NCBI GenBank assembly: GCA_976551045.1
Contig: CDPCPM010000052.1
Coordinates: 12,772,001-12,836,000 of the forward strand
Origin: Glaucostegus cemiculus
Lineage: Eukaryota
Reading direction: 5' to 3'
Length of the DNA stretch: 64,000 nt
Shown here in pieces: positions 51,586-64,000 of the stretch. The translations under genes were made by a program, and so were the position numbers. Under the pieces are notes generated by a model, which did no database searches, had not been told where the DNA came from, and saw only the letters and a list, made by a program, of their open reading frames with translations. How positions within the stretch are numbered: position 1 is the stretch's first letter; each line of letters opens with the position of its first letter.

Positions 51586-52774
51586 GTGAAGATAATTGAT
51601 GAGGGTAGGGCAGTAGATGTTGTCTACATGGACATTAGTAAAGCATTTGACAAGTTCCCTCATGATAGCCGGGTCCAGAAGATTGAGTCACGTAAGATCC
51701 TTGGTGAGTTGCTAAATTGAATTCAAAATTGCCTTTCTCATAAATGATAAATGGCAGTGATGGCGGGGTGTTTCTCTGAATGGAGATCAGTGACCAGTGG
51801 TGTTCTGCAGGGTTCAGCGCTGAGATATCCGTTGGTTGTAATATGCATAAATGATCTGAATGTAAGTTTGCAGACAACATTGGTGGAATTATGGACAGTG
51901 CAGAAGGTTGTCAAATGATACAGCAGGATACAGAACAATTGGAAATTTGTGTGGGGGAATGGCAGATAGAGTTTAATATGGACAAGTGTGAGGTGTTGCA
52001 TCTTGGGAGGTCAAATGCAAGAGAAAAGTATATAGTAAATGGCAGGACCTTTCGGAGGATTGATGTGGAAAAGGGTGTTGGGGTGCAAGTCAATAGCTCC
52101 ATGAAAATGGCAACACAAGTGGGTAGGGTGGTAAAGAAGGAATGCAGCATGCTTGCCTTCATCGGACAGGGCACCGAGTATAAAAGTTGGGAAGTCACAT
52201 TGCATCTGTTTAAAACTTTAGTTCACCACATTTGGAGTATTGTGTGCAGTTCTGGTCACCACACTACAGGAAGGATGTGGAGGCTTTGAAAAGGCTGCAG
52301 AAGAGGTTCACCAGGATGTTGCTGGGATTGGAGTGTATGAGCTGTAAGGAGAAGTTGGACAAACTTGGTTTGATTTCTCTGGAATGTCAAAGGCCAAGGG
52401 GTGACCTGATAGAAGTGTGTAAAGTTATGAGAGGCATAGATATGGTAGACAGTCAGAGTCATTTTCCCAGGGCAGAAAGGTCAAATACTAGAGGGCAGTG
52501 GTTTAAGGTGAGAGGGGTAAAATTTAAAGGAGACTTGTGAGTCAATCTTTTTTTACATGGAGGGGGACTGTTGCCTAGAACATGCTGCCAGGGGAAATGC
52601 AGGAAGCAGATATAATAGTGATGTTTAAGTGTCACTTAGACAGACACAGGCAGGGAACAGAGGGATATGTACAACGTGCAGGGAGATGGAATTAGTTTAG
52701 ATTGGCATCATGGTCGGTGCAGAGGTGGGCCAAAGGGCCTGTTCCTGTGCTGTACTGTTCTACATTCTACGTTC
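51586..52774 (+). mobile_element. Younger 5'-truncated CR1 LINE nested antisense in the older CR1
   Basis: IDEGRAVDVVYMDISKAFDK, WQIEFNMDKCEVLHLG, EYCVQFWSPHYRKDV; intact tail. Confidence 0.9.
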
Positions 52775-53229
52775 ATCTGTTTTGTTACAAGAGCTACCTG
52801 CACTCAGATAAAGAGCTTTAAGTTTTGACTTTCTTTTTATTTACTCTGGAATTACTTTCTGGGTGCACATCTTTGCTTAAATTTTCTGCCCCTTCCTGTC
52901 ATATTTCGATTTTCACTTTTCCCTTCACTATCTTGTACCATGATCCTCTCACTTCTTTCTGATTTATTAAATTTCCCATCACCAGAGCCCTCTGTTCCTC
53001 TAATTAGTTTAACGCCCTTTCTACAATCCTATTTCAGTGATTTGCCAGAACAATGGTCCCAGCACTGTTTAGATGAAGCCTGTCCGAATAGGACAGGCTG
53101 AAACAGATAGAATTGCTCTCCTTGGGGTTCAGTAATATAGCAGTCCAGTAAAAGGGTGCAGCAGAGATTTACCACTGCTGCTTCTCCAGAGTAGTAGTAA
53201 TGCATAGCATGTTACTGAACTAGCAGTCA

Positions 53230-53550
53230 TAAATTTGGACCATTGTTTGAGTGACATGAGCTGGAATCCCATCATGACATCTGGAGAATTTAAATTCAAA
53301 TAATTATAAATCTGGAATTGAAGTTAAATTCCGTAACAGCAAACATGAAATTCCAGGGTCTTCATTAAAATCTATCTTGTCCACTTATGTCCTTCAAGGA
53401 AGGAAATCTGCCGTGCTTATGCAGTCTGGCCTATATGAAGATTCCAGACTCACCAAAGTGGTCGACTCTTCAGATCAGGAGCAGTTAGGGATGGACAATA
53501 AATGCTGGCGTTACCAGTGACATCCACATCCCATGGACGCGTAAAGAGAA
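53230..53550 (+). mobile_element. SINE of a third family; more decayed relative at ~11830-12060
   Basis: GGAAGGAAATCTGCC...TCTGGCCTATATG...GGGATGGACAATAAATGCTGG; family name uncertain. Confidence 0.55.
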
Positions 53551-53599
53551 AAGCAGAGCAGGTGTGTAAACATGAAAGGGCTAGTTGGGGTGAACAGTA

Positions 53600-54760
53600 A
53601 GGACAAATCACCAGTTAGAACACACTTGGAGTAATGTGTGCAGTTCTGGGCGCCACATTATTTAAAAGGTGTGATTGCACTGGAGAGAGTGTAGAGGAGA
53701 CACCAGGATGTTGCCTATTGGAGAACATTAGTTAAGGAGAGTGATTGAATAGGCAGGGTTTGTTTTTCCTGGAGCAAGAAGGCTGAAGGGTAATGTGATA
53801 AAAGTTTATAAAATTGTAAGAGGTATGGAAAGGGTAGGTAGTCTGAATCTTTTTTCCACGGGAGAGGTATCAAAAACAAAAGGGCATAGTTTTAAGGTGA
53901 GCAGAAGGAGTTTTAAAGGGGATCTGAGGGGTTGTCGATATTTGGAACTCGTTGCCAGAGGAGAGAGAGAAATCAGGCACAATTACCATGTTTAAGAAAC
54001 GTTTAGACAGGGAGCTAAATAGCCAAGGCATAGAAGGGTATGGACCTGTGGGTAAATGGGATTAGTGTGGATGGGCATGGATGTGATGGGTCAAAGGGCC
54101 ACTTTCTGTGCTGTACAACTCTCTGATTCTTTGACCTATTTTCCCTGGAAAAGAGGTGGTCAACAACTAGAGGCACAGATTTAAGGTAGAAGGAGTGAGG
54201 ACAGCCAAAGAAAATGTTTTCACCAAAAGCGAAAACTGATGAAGAAACTTTCATTATAATTCAAAAGTACCCAAACAGGCATCTGCAACAGTTTAACCTA
54301 CTGGGCTAGGGAGCAAGATTGGGAATATAGGATTGGTCAATAGACCTTTCTCAATTGGCACAGATAAAATGGGCTGAATGTCATCCTTCTGTGTTGTAAA
54401 TTTCTCTGGTATAAAGAGATTTGACAGAGGTGTTCAAAGTCATGAAAAGAGTAAATCAGAGGAAACTACTTCCATTGGCAATAGGGTCAGTAACCAGAGG
54501 GTAGAGAGTTACAGTGAGGAGTAAATGAACCAGAGCAAAATGAGATGATTTATTTGTGCAGTAATTTGTGAGCTGCAGTCCCTCAAAGGCCAGTGGAAGC
54601 GGATTCAATAATACCTTTTAAAAAAGGAATTTTGGATCGAGAGTTGACAGGGAAATTTATTGGGCCACGAGGAAAAAAGGGATTATAATAATTGGACCAG
54701 CTCTTTCAAGGAGCTGGAACAGGAATGGTGGGAGTAATGGCTTCCTTCTATGACTCTGTA
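53600..54760 (+). mobile_element. Three consecutive CR1 3'-end fragments
   Basis: Three successive CR1 tails ending near 54130, 54405 and 54755. Confidence 0.7.
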
Positions 54761-55053
54761 CCACTTCATAAACATTATTATAAAAAGAAGAAACAGCTCA
54801 AGGCTCCATGCAGGTGACAAAATGCAGCACCAGAATCCGCATGAAATAAACTAGGAGACATGCCAACAACGTGAAGGGATGTTGAGATTGAAATCCATTT
54901 GAAGGAATCCAGATTCAGAACATGAGCAGCGACCGGTGCATCTGTAGCAGTAAGAGAGAGGCTGAAATCAGGTTAAGGTAGAAGGAGGGGTCAGGGATGT
55001 TATCAAGGGTCAGGGGCTAAAAATGGGGTCAGGGATATGGATTTTAATTTGTA

Positions 55054-55226
55054 GAAAGCTCTCCTCTGATCCATGATACCAGTGATCTGGTGAACAGCAG
55101 ACTCTGAAAGCTCTCCTCTGAAAGACTCTGAAAGCTCTGAAAGAGCTCTGAAAGAGCTCTGAAGTCTGCAGACTCTGAAAGCTCTCCTCTGATCCATGAT
55201 ACCAGTGATCTGGTGAACAGCAGACT
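55054..55226. repeat. 50-bp perfect direct duplication with CTCTGAAAG-type repeats between the copies
   Basis: 55054-55103 equals 55177-55226. Confidence 0.9.
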
Positions 55227-55229
55227 GAC

Positions 55230-55620
55230 ATAAGTCAAAAAGTGGTAGGTTCAAACCCCACTCCAAAGACTTGAGTGCTGTTGCCCCCAGCAACTGTGTA
55301 AAGGAGTTTAACACTTTTGAAAGTGACATCTTTTTTATACAATGTTAAACAGAAACACTGCTATCCCTCCAAGGTAGATTTAAAAGGTCCCTTGGACACT
55401 CTTCAGTGAAAAGTATGATAGCTCTGCTCATTGTCCTGACAAATGTTTATCCCTTAAGCAACACCTTTGAAATAGATAATCTATTCTCTGCTGTTTGTGG
55501 GGTTGTGTCACATGTAAATCAGTTGCCACGTATTCCACATTACAACAATGACAACAATTCAAAAATCATCATCTGTAAACTTTGGAACAAGGAATTTTTA
55601 AAGGTGCTTTATTAGACATT
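55230..55620 (+). mobile_element. Deu-domain SINE (SacSINE1-like), decayed
   Basis: GGTTCAAACCCCACTCCAAAGACTTGAG...ATGTTAAAC...TGTCCTGACAAATGTTTATCCCTTAA...CATTACAACA. Confidence 0.6.
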
Positions 55621-58600
55621 TTCTGCTTTTTGTGGCTGTTGACAGAGTAATGTGGTCTGAGGCCAGAACCCACACATGACACAAATTCTCCAAAGGTCAC
55701 TGACAACATATTTTAACCATGAGAAGTCACTTGTGGGTTAGCACAGAGTCACGGAGCAGGACAGAAGCAAGATGATTGCTTCAGTAGAAGCCTGCATCAC
55801 ACAATGTGCATAAGGCTGGGTTTGGATTTCATGTGACGTTTATCTATTGGACTACAAGTAGGAGCTGCCTACTTCCTTGGTCAGGCATGTAATATCACCC
55901 CTGCAAAAACTGACTGGACACATACGCTTGAGTTAGGCTCCAGGCAGATTTGGCAGCGAATTGCACTGTAATCCCTTTTATAAAGAAAAGCAATACTGTG
56001 GTTTATGAGCAGCAGTTAATCAGCAACAAAACATTCGAGTGTCTCAACCAAGACATTGCCAGCAACATCAAGCCAAAAATTAATTGAGAAACCTTTTCTT
56101 AACACTTGGATTATTTTCCAGTTTGCCAAGTTCCAATATAAACTCTAGCTTGGCAACTTGCAGAACCAGCAAACACTAACTCGGCAGGCAGCTGCTACTC
56201 AGGCATTGAGATTCATACTGCATATTCTGCCCACCTTTGCCTGGCACAGATGATGTTCACTTTTAACTTCTCTAAAGTTCTCCTTTCACTTGATATTGTT
56301 CCTGTACATTGTCATGTGACAATCCAAACACTATCCCCCAATCAACTCCTTTGTAGGAATTTTGGGCTTGTCATATGATCCTCTTATTCCTGGGAATCCC
56401 ACTTGAAGCATCCATTTCAGTATTTATGTTACAGTGTACCAGGGAGCATTCCTCTGTATCTAACCCATGCTTCACCTCACCTTCCCTCAGAGTGTTTGAT
56501 GGAACTGTGTAAAGTGAGATCAGCTCCATATCTAACCCATAATGTACCTGCCCGGAGCCTGACTCTTATTCTGGAGTGTACTTGCTCTATAAGTACTTGG
56601 TCTGGTCACTGTCTGTAAGGAGTTTGTACGTTCTCCCTGTGTCCACGTGGGTTTCCTCCGGGTGCTCCGGTTTCATCCCACATTCCAAAGACGTAGGGGT
56701 TAGGAAGTTGTGGGCACGCTATGTCGGTGCTGGAAATGTGGTGACACTTGCAGGCTGCCCCCAGAACATTCTACATGAAAGATGCATTTCACTCTGTGTT
56801 TTGATGTACATGTGACTACTAAAGATCTCTTATGGGACACAGCGGAGAAAGTGTTACTCTGTATGAAACCCTTCTGCTAATTTGGTATAATCCAAACATT
56901 TCCAAATGACAGAATGACCAACAGCAGTCAATGCAGAAATCAATTTGATCAGCCTCTTTATTCCTCAAGCTTGGTGAACTGGCTTGATCCTGAGTCAAAG
57001 CTCAGCACCGGCCAAATAAAACAGGATAGGAAATCCCAGCGGTTGGGAGTGAGAGTCAAGTCTGCAGTTTGATCCGTTGACATATGTGTACGTCCTGAGC
57101 CTCTTGCTCAGAGTGGCTTGCTGTTATAGACATGACCTAAGTTGGAAGGATTTGATCAAGGGTTTTAAAGTTATTCGCACACTAATGTCAGGAATATGTG
57201 TATACAGGGCACTGGGAAAATAGGAACAGAAAACCTGTGGAATATTGGGATAAGGACATTGGCACAGAAGTAGGCAACGTATATCTTCCTCAATTCAATT
57301 AGAACATAGCTGATGCATACTTTATTTTCATCTATCCAGCTCTTAAAGGTCTTTTGTCTCAATCTATGTAAGTCAGACAGAAACTGAGCTCCAGGTTTTG
57401 GCCCACTTCTGTATGGAGAAGAGTTTACTGACATCACCTCAGAATGATCTGACTAAGGAAGGCAACATGAGCCCAGAACTCTGTAGTCCAGCAGCTCTGC
57501 TCTTAGGGCTGGGGCTCAACTGGAGCTTTTAACTCTGAGACTGACAGAATCCCTGTAGGATAAGTATATGAAGTGTAATGGAACTAATGCAGGTAAATAA
57601 TGCAGCCATGGTCTAATTGAATGGGGATATGATATTTCTGATGCTCCAATCAAGCAGCCTGAAATTTTGTTGTATGTTTTGCATCTTAACCCATTATAAT
57701 TTACCTCCATTAATTATACATTATAAGTGTGTTAAATTAAACAATGATGATTTTTGTGAGTTGGTGTGGCTGGGGTACAACTGATCTGTTAGCAACACCT
57801 TACTAAGGGGAGGGACCTTGGAGGAGGTGCAGTAGATAGGCAGATGTTTGAAATAGCTCATGTTGTCCCACACACAAATATTTTGGATCTCTATTTGCCA
57901 GTAACATAGTTTGTCCTATTGAGAGTCTCAAAGGCTTAACCAATTGCACCCTCTGTTAGATCCTCTTGGAGACTTGAGCTTTAACAGAGGAGAGTATTCA
58001 AGAAGTGTTGCACAGTTGGACAGGAAATACTGAGGGAGTCCTACCCTGTCTGAGGACGCTGCATTGCATTGTTAAAGGCCATCAGGCAAATGAAAACATC
58101 AGAGGGAACTAACTCAGGCCATTGGGACTGTAGGATGTGCCCAAGCTGGATGGTCTTTTCTAACTGGATGGACCCTTTCACAGGACCCATCTGTTCTATG
58201 AGTCCAACTTTGATCTTGTGGGCATTGTACATCCCATTATTCAACCAATTATTGTAATCTGATCATAATCAAATTTAAATCGACAGATCATTCCACACAC
58301 TCTAGCAACATCCTTTAATAAAATAGGCCATCATTTACAGTCTCAAGATGATAATTAGAGGTTCCTTTCTCTTTGAAAAGCTCAGCCAAAGCTGTGGTTT
58401 ACAGGGAGGGACTGCTCCAAGTTCTAAAGAGTGCCACATAAATTAACTTGTGTTTTAGACTGAGTCTCAGATTCTCACTGCAAACATCACCACGTATGGA
58501 CTATTTCTGTCATGTGACCAAAATTTGACCTCTTCGGGAAGTACTTTCAGACTTTTGAACAGTGCTGGGCTATTCAAGGGGGAATGTAAGACCCGCCCAA

Positions 58601-58879
58601 TGTAACCACATTGACATTTCAGATAGTAGTCACGAGCTGTGCCTGAAAGGTCGTTCTGGAGATGGGATTAACAGCATGATTGAAGGAAACATGAAACTGT
58701 CAGTCACTGGCAGCAACATGGAAAGAGCAAAGAGCTGAGGATCAGACCCAATTTCTGACTAGACTGTGTCTGTTCAGAGTTTCAAATAATTTGCTTGTCT
58801 GATGCCTGCATGCCTCAGGAATTGTCAGCTTCTGAGTCAGCAAGCAGAGAATCCTTCGAGGATCTGAGGCATCCAAATG

Positions 58880-59085
58880 GCAGATATGAAATCTGAAATG
58901 TAAACAGAAAATTCTGGAAATATTGAACAGGTCAGGCAGTGCCTGCAGAGAGAGAAATAGCATTAGGATTTCAGCTCAATGACGATGTTCCAATGGAAAA
59001 ATATCACTGATCTGAAACATTAACTCTGTATCTCTCTCCATGGATACTGAACAATCTGGAATATACAATTCTGAAACATTAGCCA
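58880..59085. mobile_element. Decayed palindromic Penelope-terminus-like element
   Basis: CAGGTCAGGCAGTGCCTGCAGAGAGAGAAA pairs with TCTCTCTCCATGGATACTG. Confidence 0.55.
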
Positions 59086-59539
59086 AGGAGGTTTTGAATT
59101 TATTCTGCACAATCTGACTAACAACTAGGCATAGAGGGAATGGGACAGAGCAGGAGGAGGTGGAGGGAGAATGTCCCTGATAACCCAAGGATCATGATGC
59201 AGTCCATGTTTGCTTGGTTGTGATTCTCTGCAGATGCTGTAGGACTACATCTGTCCAGTTAGACAGCTGTGATGTCCAGGAAGTCTGATTAGTATTGGGA
59301 AACCCACTTGCCATTAAGTGGGAGGTAGAGGGATGGGAACCGGCTTCCTCCTGCACCATTTAAATGGCTACGTAGCTGAATCTGTGCCTGCAGCAGTGAC
59401 TGACAGCTTCACGCTTCCTTCACTGTAATTCCACAACTTGTGGACATTGTTCAGGCTCTCAGAAATTAACCAACATCCGTTTCAAATTGTAAGTAGTTTA
59501 CATAATTACTTGACAAATGAAAATTTAATATATTCTTTG

Positions 59540-59792
59540 GTATTGGTACAGTGAAAAGCTTGTCTTAAAAACCGATCATACAGGTCAAATTCATTACACA
59601 GTGCAGCTACATTGGGTTAGTACAGAGTGCATTGACGTAGTGCAGGTAAAAACAATAACAGTACAGAGTAAAGTGTCACAGCTATAGAGAATGTGCTGTG
59701 CAATAAGGTGCAAGGTCACAACAAGGTAGATCGTGAGGTCTTAGTCCATCTCATTGTATAAGGGAACCGTTCAATAGTCTTATCGCAGTGGA
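59540..59792 (-). mobile_element. LINE 3' fragment (Rex/Babar-like)
   Basis: ACAGTGAAAAGCTTG...GGGAACCGTTCAATAGTCTTAT; recognised only loosely. Confidence 0.45.
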
Positions 59793-60024
59793 GGTACCCC
59801 TTCTCTCAGGAAGGAATAGCCTCTCACTGGAATCCTCTGCTCTCACCAGCTTGGTCACTATCCTCCACTGTGCTCCCAGTTTCCTTTGCTCTACATCTGG
59901 AACCCTCTGTCTTCAGCCCCTGAGCCTTAAACTCCAATATCCCCATCACCCCCTACACCTTTAAGCTTATCTCCTCACACGTCATTGACGAAGCTTTTGC
60001 TGACCTGTCCTTATATCTCTTAAC

Positions 60025-60478
60025 TCTGGGATGTTGCCTACAACGGAGGGCTGAGGTTATAAGGAGAGGTTGGATAGGTTGGGTTTATTCTCACTTGAAT
60101 TTAGGAGGCTGAAGGATGACCTTACAGAGGTTTATAAAATTATGAGGTGCACAGAGAGGGTAGATGGTCCGAGTCTTTATCCCAGGGTAATTTGGTCTAG
60201 AACTGGGGGAGCCCAGGCTTAAGGTGAGAAGGGAGAAATTTAAAGGAAATCTGAGGGGTAGATTTTTCACACCGATGGTGGTTATCTGGAACAAAGTGCC
60301 AGAGGAAGTTGAGACACTTACAATTACAACAATTAAAAGGCATTTGGAAGGAGAGGCATAGGTAAATGGGATTGGCATGGATAGGCATCACGGTCGGCAT
60401 GGATAGGCATCACGGTCGGCATGGACAAGGTGAGCTGAAAGGGCTTGTTTCTGTGCTGTACGATTCTGTGATTCTAAC
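60025..60478 (+). mobile_element. CR1 3' end with internal 22-bp tandem duplication
   Basis: GAGTT/GGTTATAAGGAGAGGTTGG-type text (GGTTATAAGGAGAGGTTGG here); GGCATGGATAGGCATCACGGTC twice. Confidence 0.8.
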
Positions 60479-60566
60479 TTTGCTCAGTCAAGTTATATTG
60501 GATAATTGAAAAGCAAAACACTACAGACACTGTAAATCTGAACTATAAAACAATGCTGGAAATACT

Positions 60567-60938
60567 AGAATATAGAACGTTACAGACAGGAAACAGCCCT
60601 TTGGCCCAACATGCCTGGGCCAACCATGATGCCAATCTAACTCATTCCATCTGCCTGCACATGGTCTGTATCTCTCTATTCCCCCAGCCTGTTCACCCTT
60701 CTATCTAAATGTCTCTTAAACATTGCTATTGTATCTGCTTCTACCACCTCCCTGACAGTGCATTCCAGCCACCCACCACTCTTTGTGTAAAAAATACTTG
60801 CCTTACACATCTCCTTTAAACTTTCCCCATCTCACCGTAAAAGTATGCCCTCCAGTATTTGACATTTCCACCCTGGGAAAATACCCTGACTATATACCCT
60901 ATCGATGCTCCTCATAATTTTATATACTCCTATCAGGT
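60567..60938 (-). mobile_element. CR1 3' end inserted within a Penelope-like arm
   Basis: Flanks TGCTGGAAATAC(T) and CAGGTTAGGCAGCAGCTG rejoin as one hairpin-element arm. Confidence 0.75.
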
Positions 60939-61455
60939 TAGGCAGCAGCTGAGGAGAGAGAAACAGAGATGATCCCATCAGAACTAGGAAAAGTTAGAAA
61001 TCAGATATGTGTTAAGTTGCAAAGAAGGCATCGGATTGGAGGGAATAAGGAGAATGTCAGTGATAGGGAATGTCAGTGAATGCCAGGAGAGACTGAATGA
61101 CACAGGTGGTGTTGCTGAGAGAGGGGATGATGGCTCATTAGTTACATCTCTTCTGTCTGGAGATGTAACCATGAGGAAATGAATGAGGCTGGATATGAAT
61201 GAGGCCAGAATTGAGTGAGAGAGTGAGAGAGTGAGAGAGTGAGTGAGAATAATACTGGAACAGAAAGAAACAAGACACCACAGTTGCGGGAGATCTGTAA
61301 AACCTATCAGGTCAGGCAGCGACTGCTGGGAAATATGTTAATGTTATAGACTGATGACCTTTCATCAGAACTGGCCAGTTCTGAAACAAACTGGGAAGGC
61401 TGGTTATCTGAAATTGTTGACTTCAATATTGAGTGCTGAGGGCTCCTTTAGCTCT
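60939..61455 (-). mobile_element. Penelope-like element terminal remnants
   Basis: GGTTATCTGAAATTGTTGACTTCAATATTGAGTG plus arm TCAGGTCAGGCAGC...CCTTTCATCAGAACTGG. Confidence 0.5.
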
Positions 61456-63644
61456 GTCACCTGGGTGAAGTGGCACCCAATTAGCATTGACTTTGTCCCC
61501 ATCAGAGCCAATCATGGTGCCACAAACTTAGCTGCTGCTGCTTTTGTCTAAGAGGTCACCCCCCCCCCCGCCCCTCCCTCCAACAGTAAACAAGATGGTA
61601 TGTATGCACGTCCAATATTTACTTCTTTGAAAGCTGGAGGAAACTGAAGGAAACAGTGTCAAGGACAGAGAAATAATTCAGGGGACACCGCCCAAAGAGC
61701 TGGCAAGCCTGGTGGGACAGAGACATGGAAGGGCAGAGATGGATTAAGGAGCAGCCTTGTGGAGCAGGGCTGTGGGGCAGCAGACAAGTCAGGCCCCCCT
61801 GGGAAAATGAAAGAGCTGCCAGGCATGTGGCTTTATACCCACGCCCCCTAAGATCTGGGTGCCAATCTTCCAGTGAAAACACAGAGAGAAAGGGACTGAG
61901 ACCAGAACTTTCCAGGACAGCCCCAGATCCTGAAAGGGCGTGACCAGTGATGTCAATGCACAGAGAGGGGGCGTGTTAAAAGGACAGCTGCTGCAGGCTG
62001 GAGAGTAGATATGACACAAGGCACTGCTGGCCCAGGTCCTCATTGCCCTACAGCAGGCTGGACTAATAGCTCAGGCCTGCTTCAACCATATGGACTCATC
62101 GTAAGATTCAAGTACATAGCCAACACCAGACCAAAGGTACAATACTGCTGGGTACAAGTTAGCCATTGTATAACACTTGGGTATGGTACTGGTGGGTACA
62201 AGTGGTTACAGAATGGTGGTACATGTCTATCACTGTCAAGCACGGGATAGAACATTGGCCACAGGACTGTCACAGGATAATATGGATACTGCACTGGTAA
62301 ATGCAGGTCTGTCACTATAATACCAGTGCTCTGTAGTTGTAGGCACAACTCCTGTAAAACATGGGCACAGTATTGAGGGGCTACAATTTCCATGGGCTCT
62401 TTTAAAGAGCTGGTACAGGCACAATAGTCTTTAAGGTTCTTTCAATTACTATCCCTGCCAAGACCTCCCTCACTGATTTTATTCTTGTTGGAGACAGGCA
62501 CGAGTTTGTGAACTTGAGGTAAAGCTGAGATTGCAAAGTTATTCAGGATGGACAAGGAGCAAATGTGTGCAGCTTCCTGAGTTCATGGAGTGGCAAATGT
62601 TTTCCCTCTGAGAGAAAGGCAGGAAAAGCAAGCTGCTGAAAAAAATATTGAGCTTTTACGTGCTCCTCCTTGATAGCCTGAAGCGTTGCCTTTAGAGTTT
62701 ACCAGTTTGAGGGCTCCAGTGTTTTGAAAATGGCCGGATTTCAGGAATGAGTAACAGGCAGAAGGTGCATTAGTTTTCCTTTTTCCTCTTTCACTTTTTT
62801 AACTGTGTTTCTCACACCAGACTGTTTGGTCCACTGAGCCTGTGCCCAGAACTGAAAGGAAGCCAGTTCAGGCAAATGTGGGTACCAGTAAGAATGTTCA
62901 CTATGCAACTAGAGAAAATTTGTTATGTTAGCAAAAGGACCATAGCAGTAAAAGGTTCAAGTTACTTTCATCTCTTGTTATACAATGGGGCTTGATGTAG
63001 AGCTGCCCACGAGCCCCGGTCACAATAAGCCCAACCCACAATACAGTGCCTCCAATGTTCTGTTTGCCTTGAGCCCCAATAAATCTTAATCTACCATTGT
63101 GAAAAAGTGAACAAGTAAAAATAACTCAGACTGCATTGATGAATGGAGAATTAAATGGGGCACAGACTGCATGAGAGGGACTGGGGTTGATAGGACACAG
63201 ACTCTGTGAAAGGGGAGACGGACTGAAGTTGGAAGAGACACTGTGTCCTTGAGGGGAAGAACTCAATGGTTTACCGTCTCACTCCCATTAGCCTGAAGCT
63301 AGTAATTTCTATTGAACCCTCTCAGATATGGTGTGGTTCTGAATTCCTTGTATATTGTGGTCAGAAACAACAAACTGTGCAACTATGCAATAAGCCAGAG
63401 GCTTTAGGTTTCCAATAGATGTGGATCCCAACTTTATTACATCAGGGATGTATTAAACGAAGGAATGCATTTGGGGCTGGAGAGGCAAACCCTGTCATTG
63501 CACTTTAGCTGCCAGCTGGGAAAAGATGATCCACTCCCTTATGGTAAGCCCACATCACAGGGGGGTTTATCACAGGGCCGTGAGCAGTATGGAGGGGGAC
63601 TGAGCTTCTGTTTAATCATGCCAAAGAGCAGAGAGGAACAACCA

Positions 63645-64000
63645 ACAATAGAAACTTGCATTTTAAAAGCACCCTTAAATATAATACAATGTCTCAAAGC
63701 ATTTCACAGAAGCATGATGTAAGACCTGATTCTGAGCTTCCAAGAGGGAGGCAAGAAAAGCACAGTCATAGTGCTAGTGTTCCAGGGCACTCTAACTGAG
63801 GAAAGGAGATGGGAAGATTTAGGCAGCTGAAGGTGAGGGCACCATTGATAGGTTGGATGATTATGAAGTCAGAAGTGGAGGTACACAGAAAGTTCAGAGG
63901 CTTGGAGAACTAAAGAAGGTTATTGGGTTAAGGAAGGGTGAGACTAGGGAGGAATTTGAACACATGGATGGTTAGTTTTAATATGGCGGCATTATCAGAT
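63645..64000 (-). mobile_element. L2-type LINE 3' fragment
   Basis: ACTTGCATTTTAAAAGCACCTT tail; GGGAGGAATTTGAACAC...TTTTAA. Confidence 0.55.

Larger units (their letters stand above)
48735..53110 (-). mobile_element. Long decayed CR1 LINE hosting nested insertions
   Basis: 3' tail at ~48735-48830; RT remnant (TTGTCAAATGCCTTCTGAAAATCCA = DFQKAFDK on minus strand); endonuclease GVGVALLIKE; host resumes after 52775. Confidence 0.8.

Overview
Eukaryotic, repeat-rich genomic DNA. The repeat content (HE1/V-type SINEs, Deu-type SINEs, many CR1/L2/RTE LINE relics, Penelope-derived hairpins) points to a cartilaginous fish, probably a batoid (inference). I can support only one protein-coding gene: the 5' end of a clade-B fibrillar collagen (COL11/COL5 family, best guess COL11A2) on the minus strand. 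Coding exon 1 (29315-29216) encodes a signal peptide. A 27-kb intron follows, then the 168-nt exon 2 (2187-2020) starts the TSPN domain; the gene continues off the left edge. A CpG-rich promoter with CCAAT and GC boxes lies at about 28.2-30.1 kb. The ~34 kb upstream has no recognisable coding exon. Most long ORFs in the track come from 33-bp minisatellites or decayed retroelements. I found no convincing novel protein system. The best leads are non-coding: candidate SOX9-type enhancers, a minisatellite expanded inside a SINE, hammerhead-like relics in hairpin repeats, and a templated inverted insertion. Repeat boundaries are approximate and family names come from recall, not a database search.
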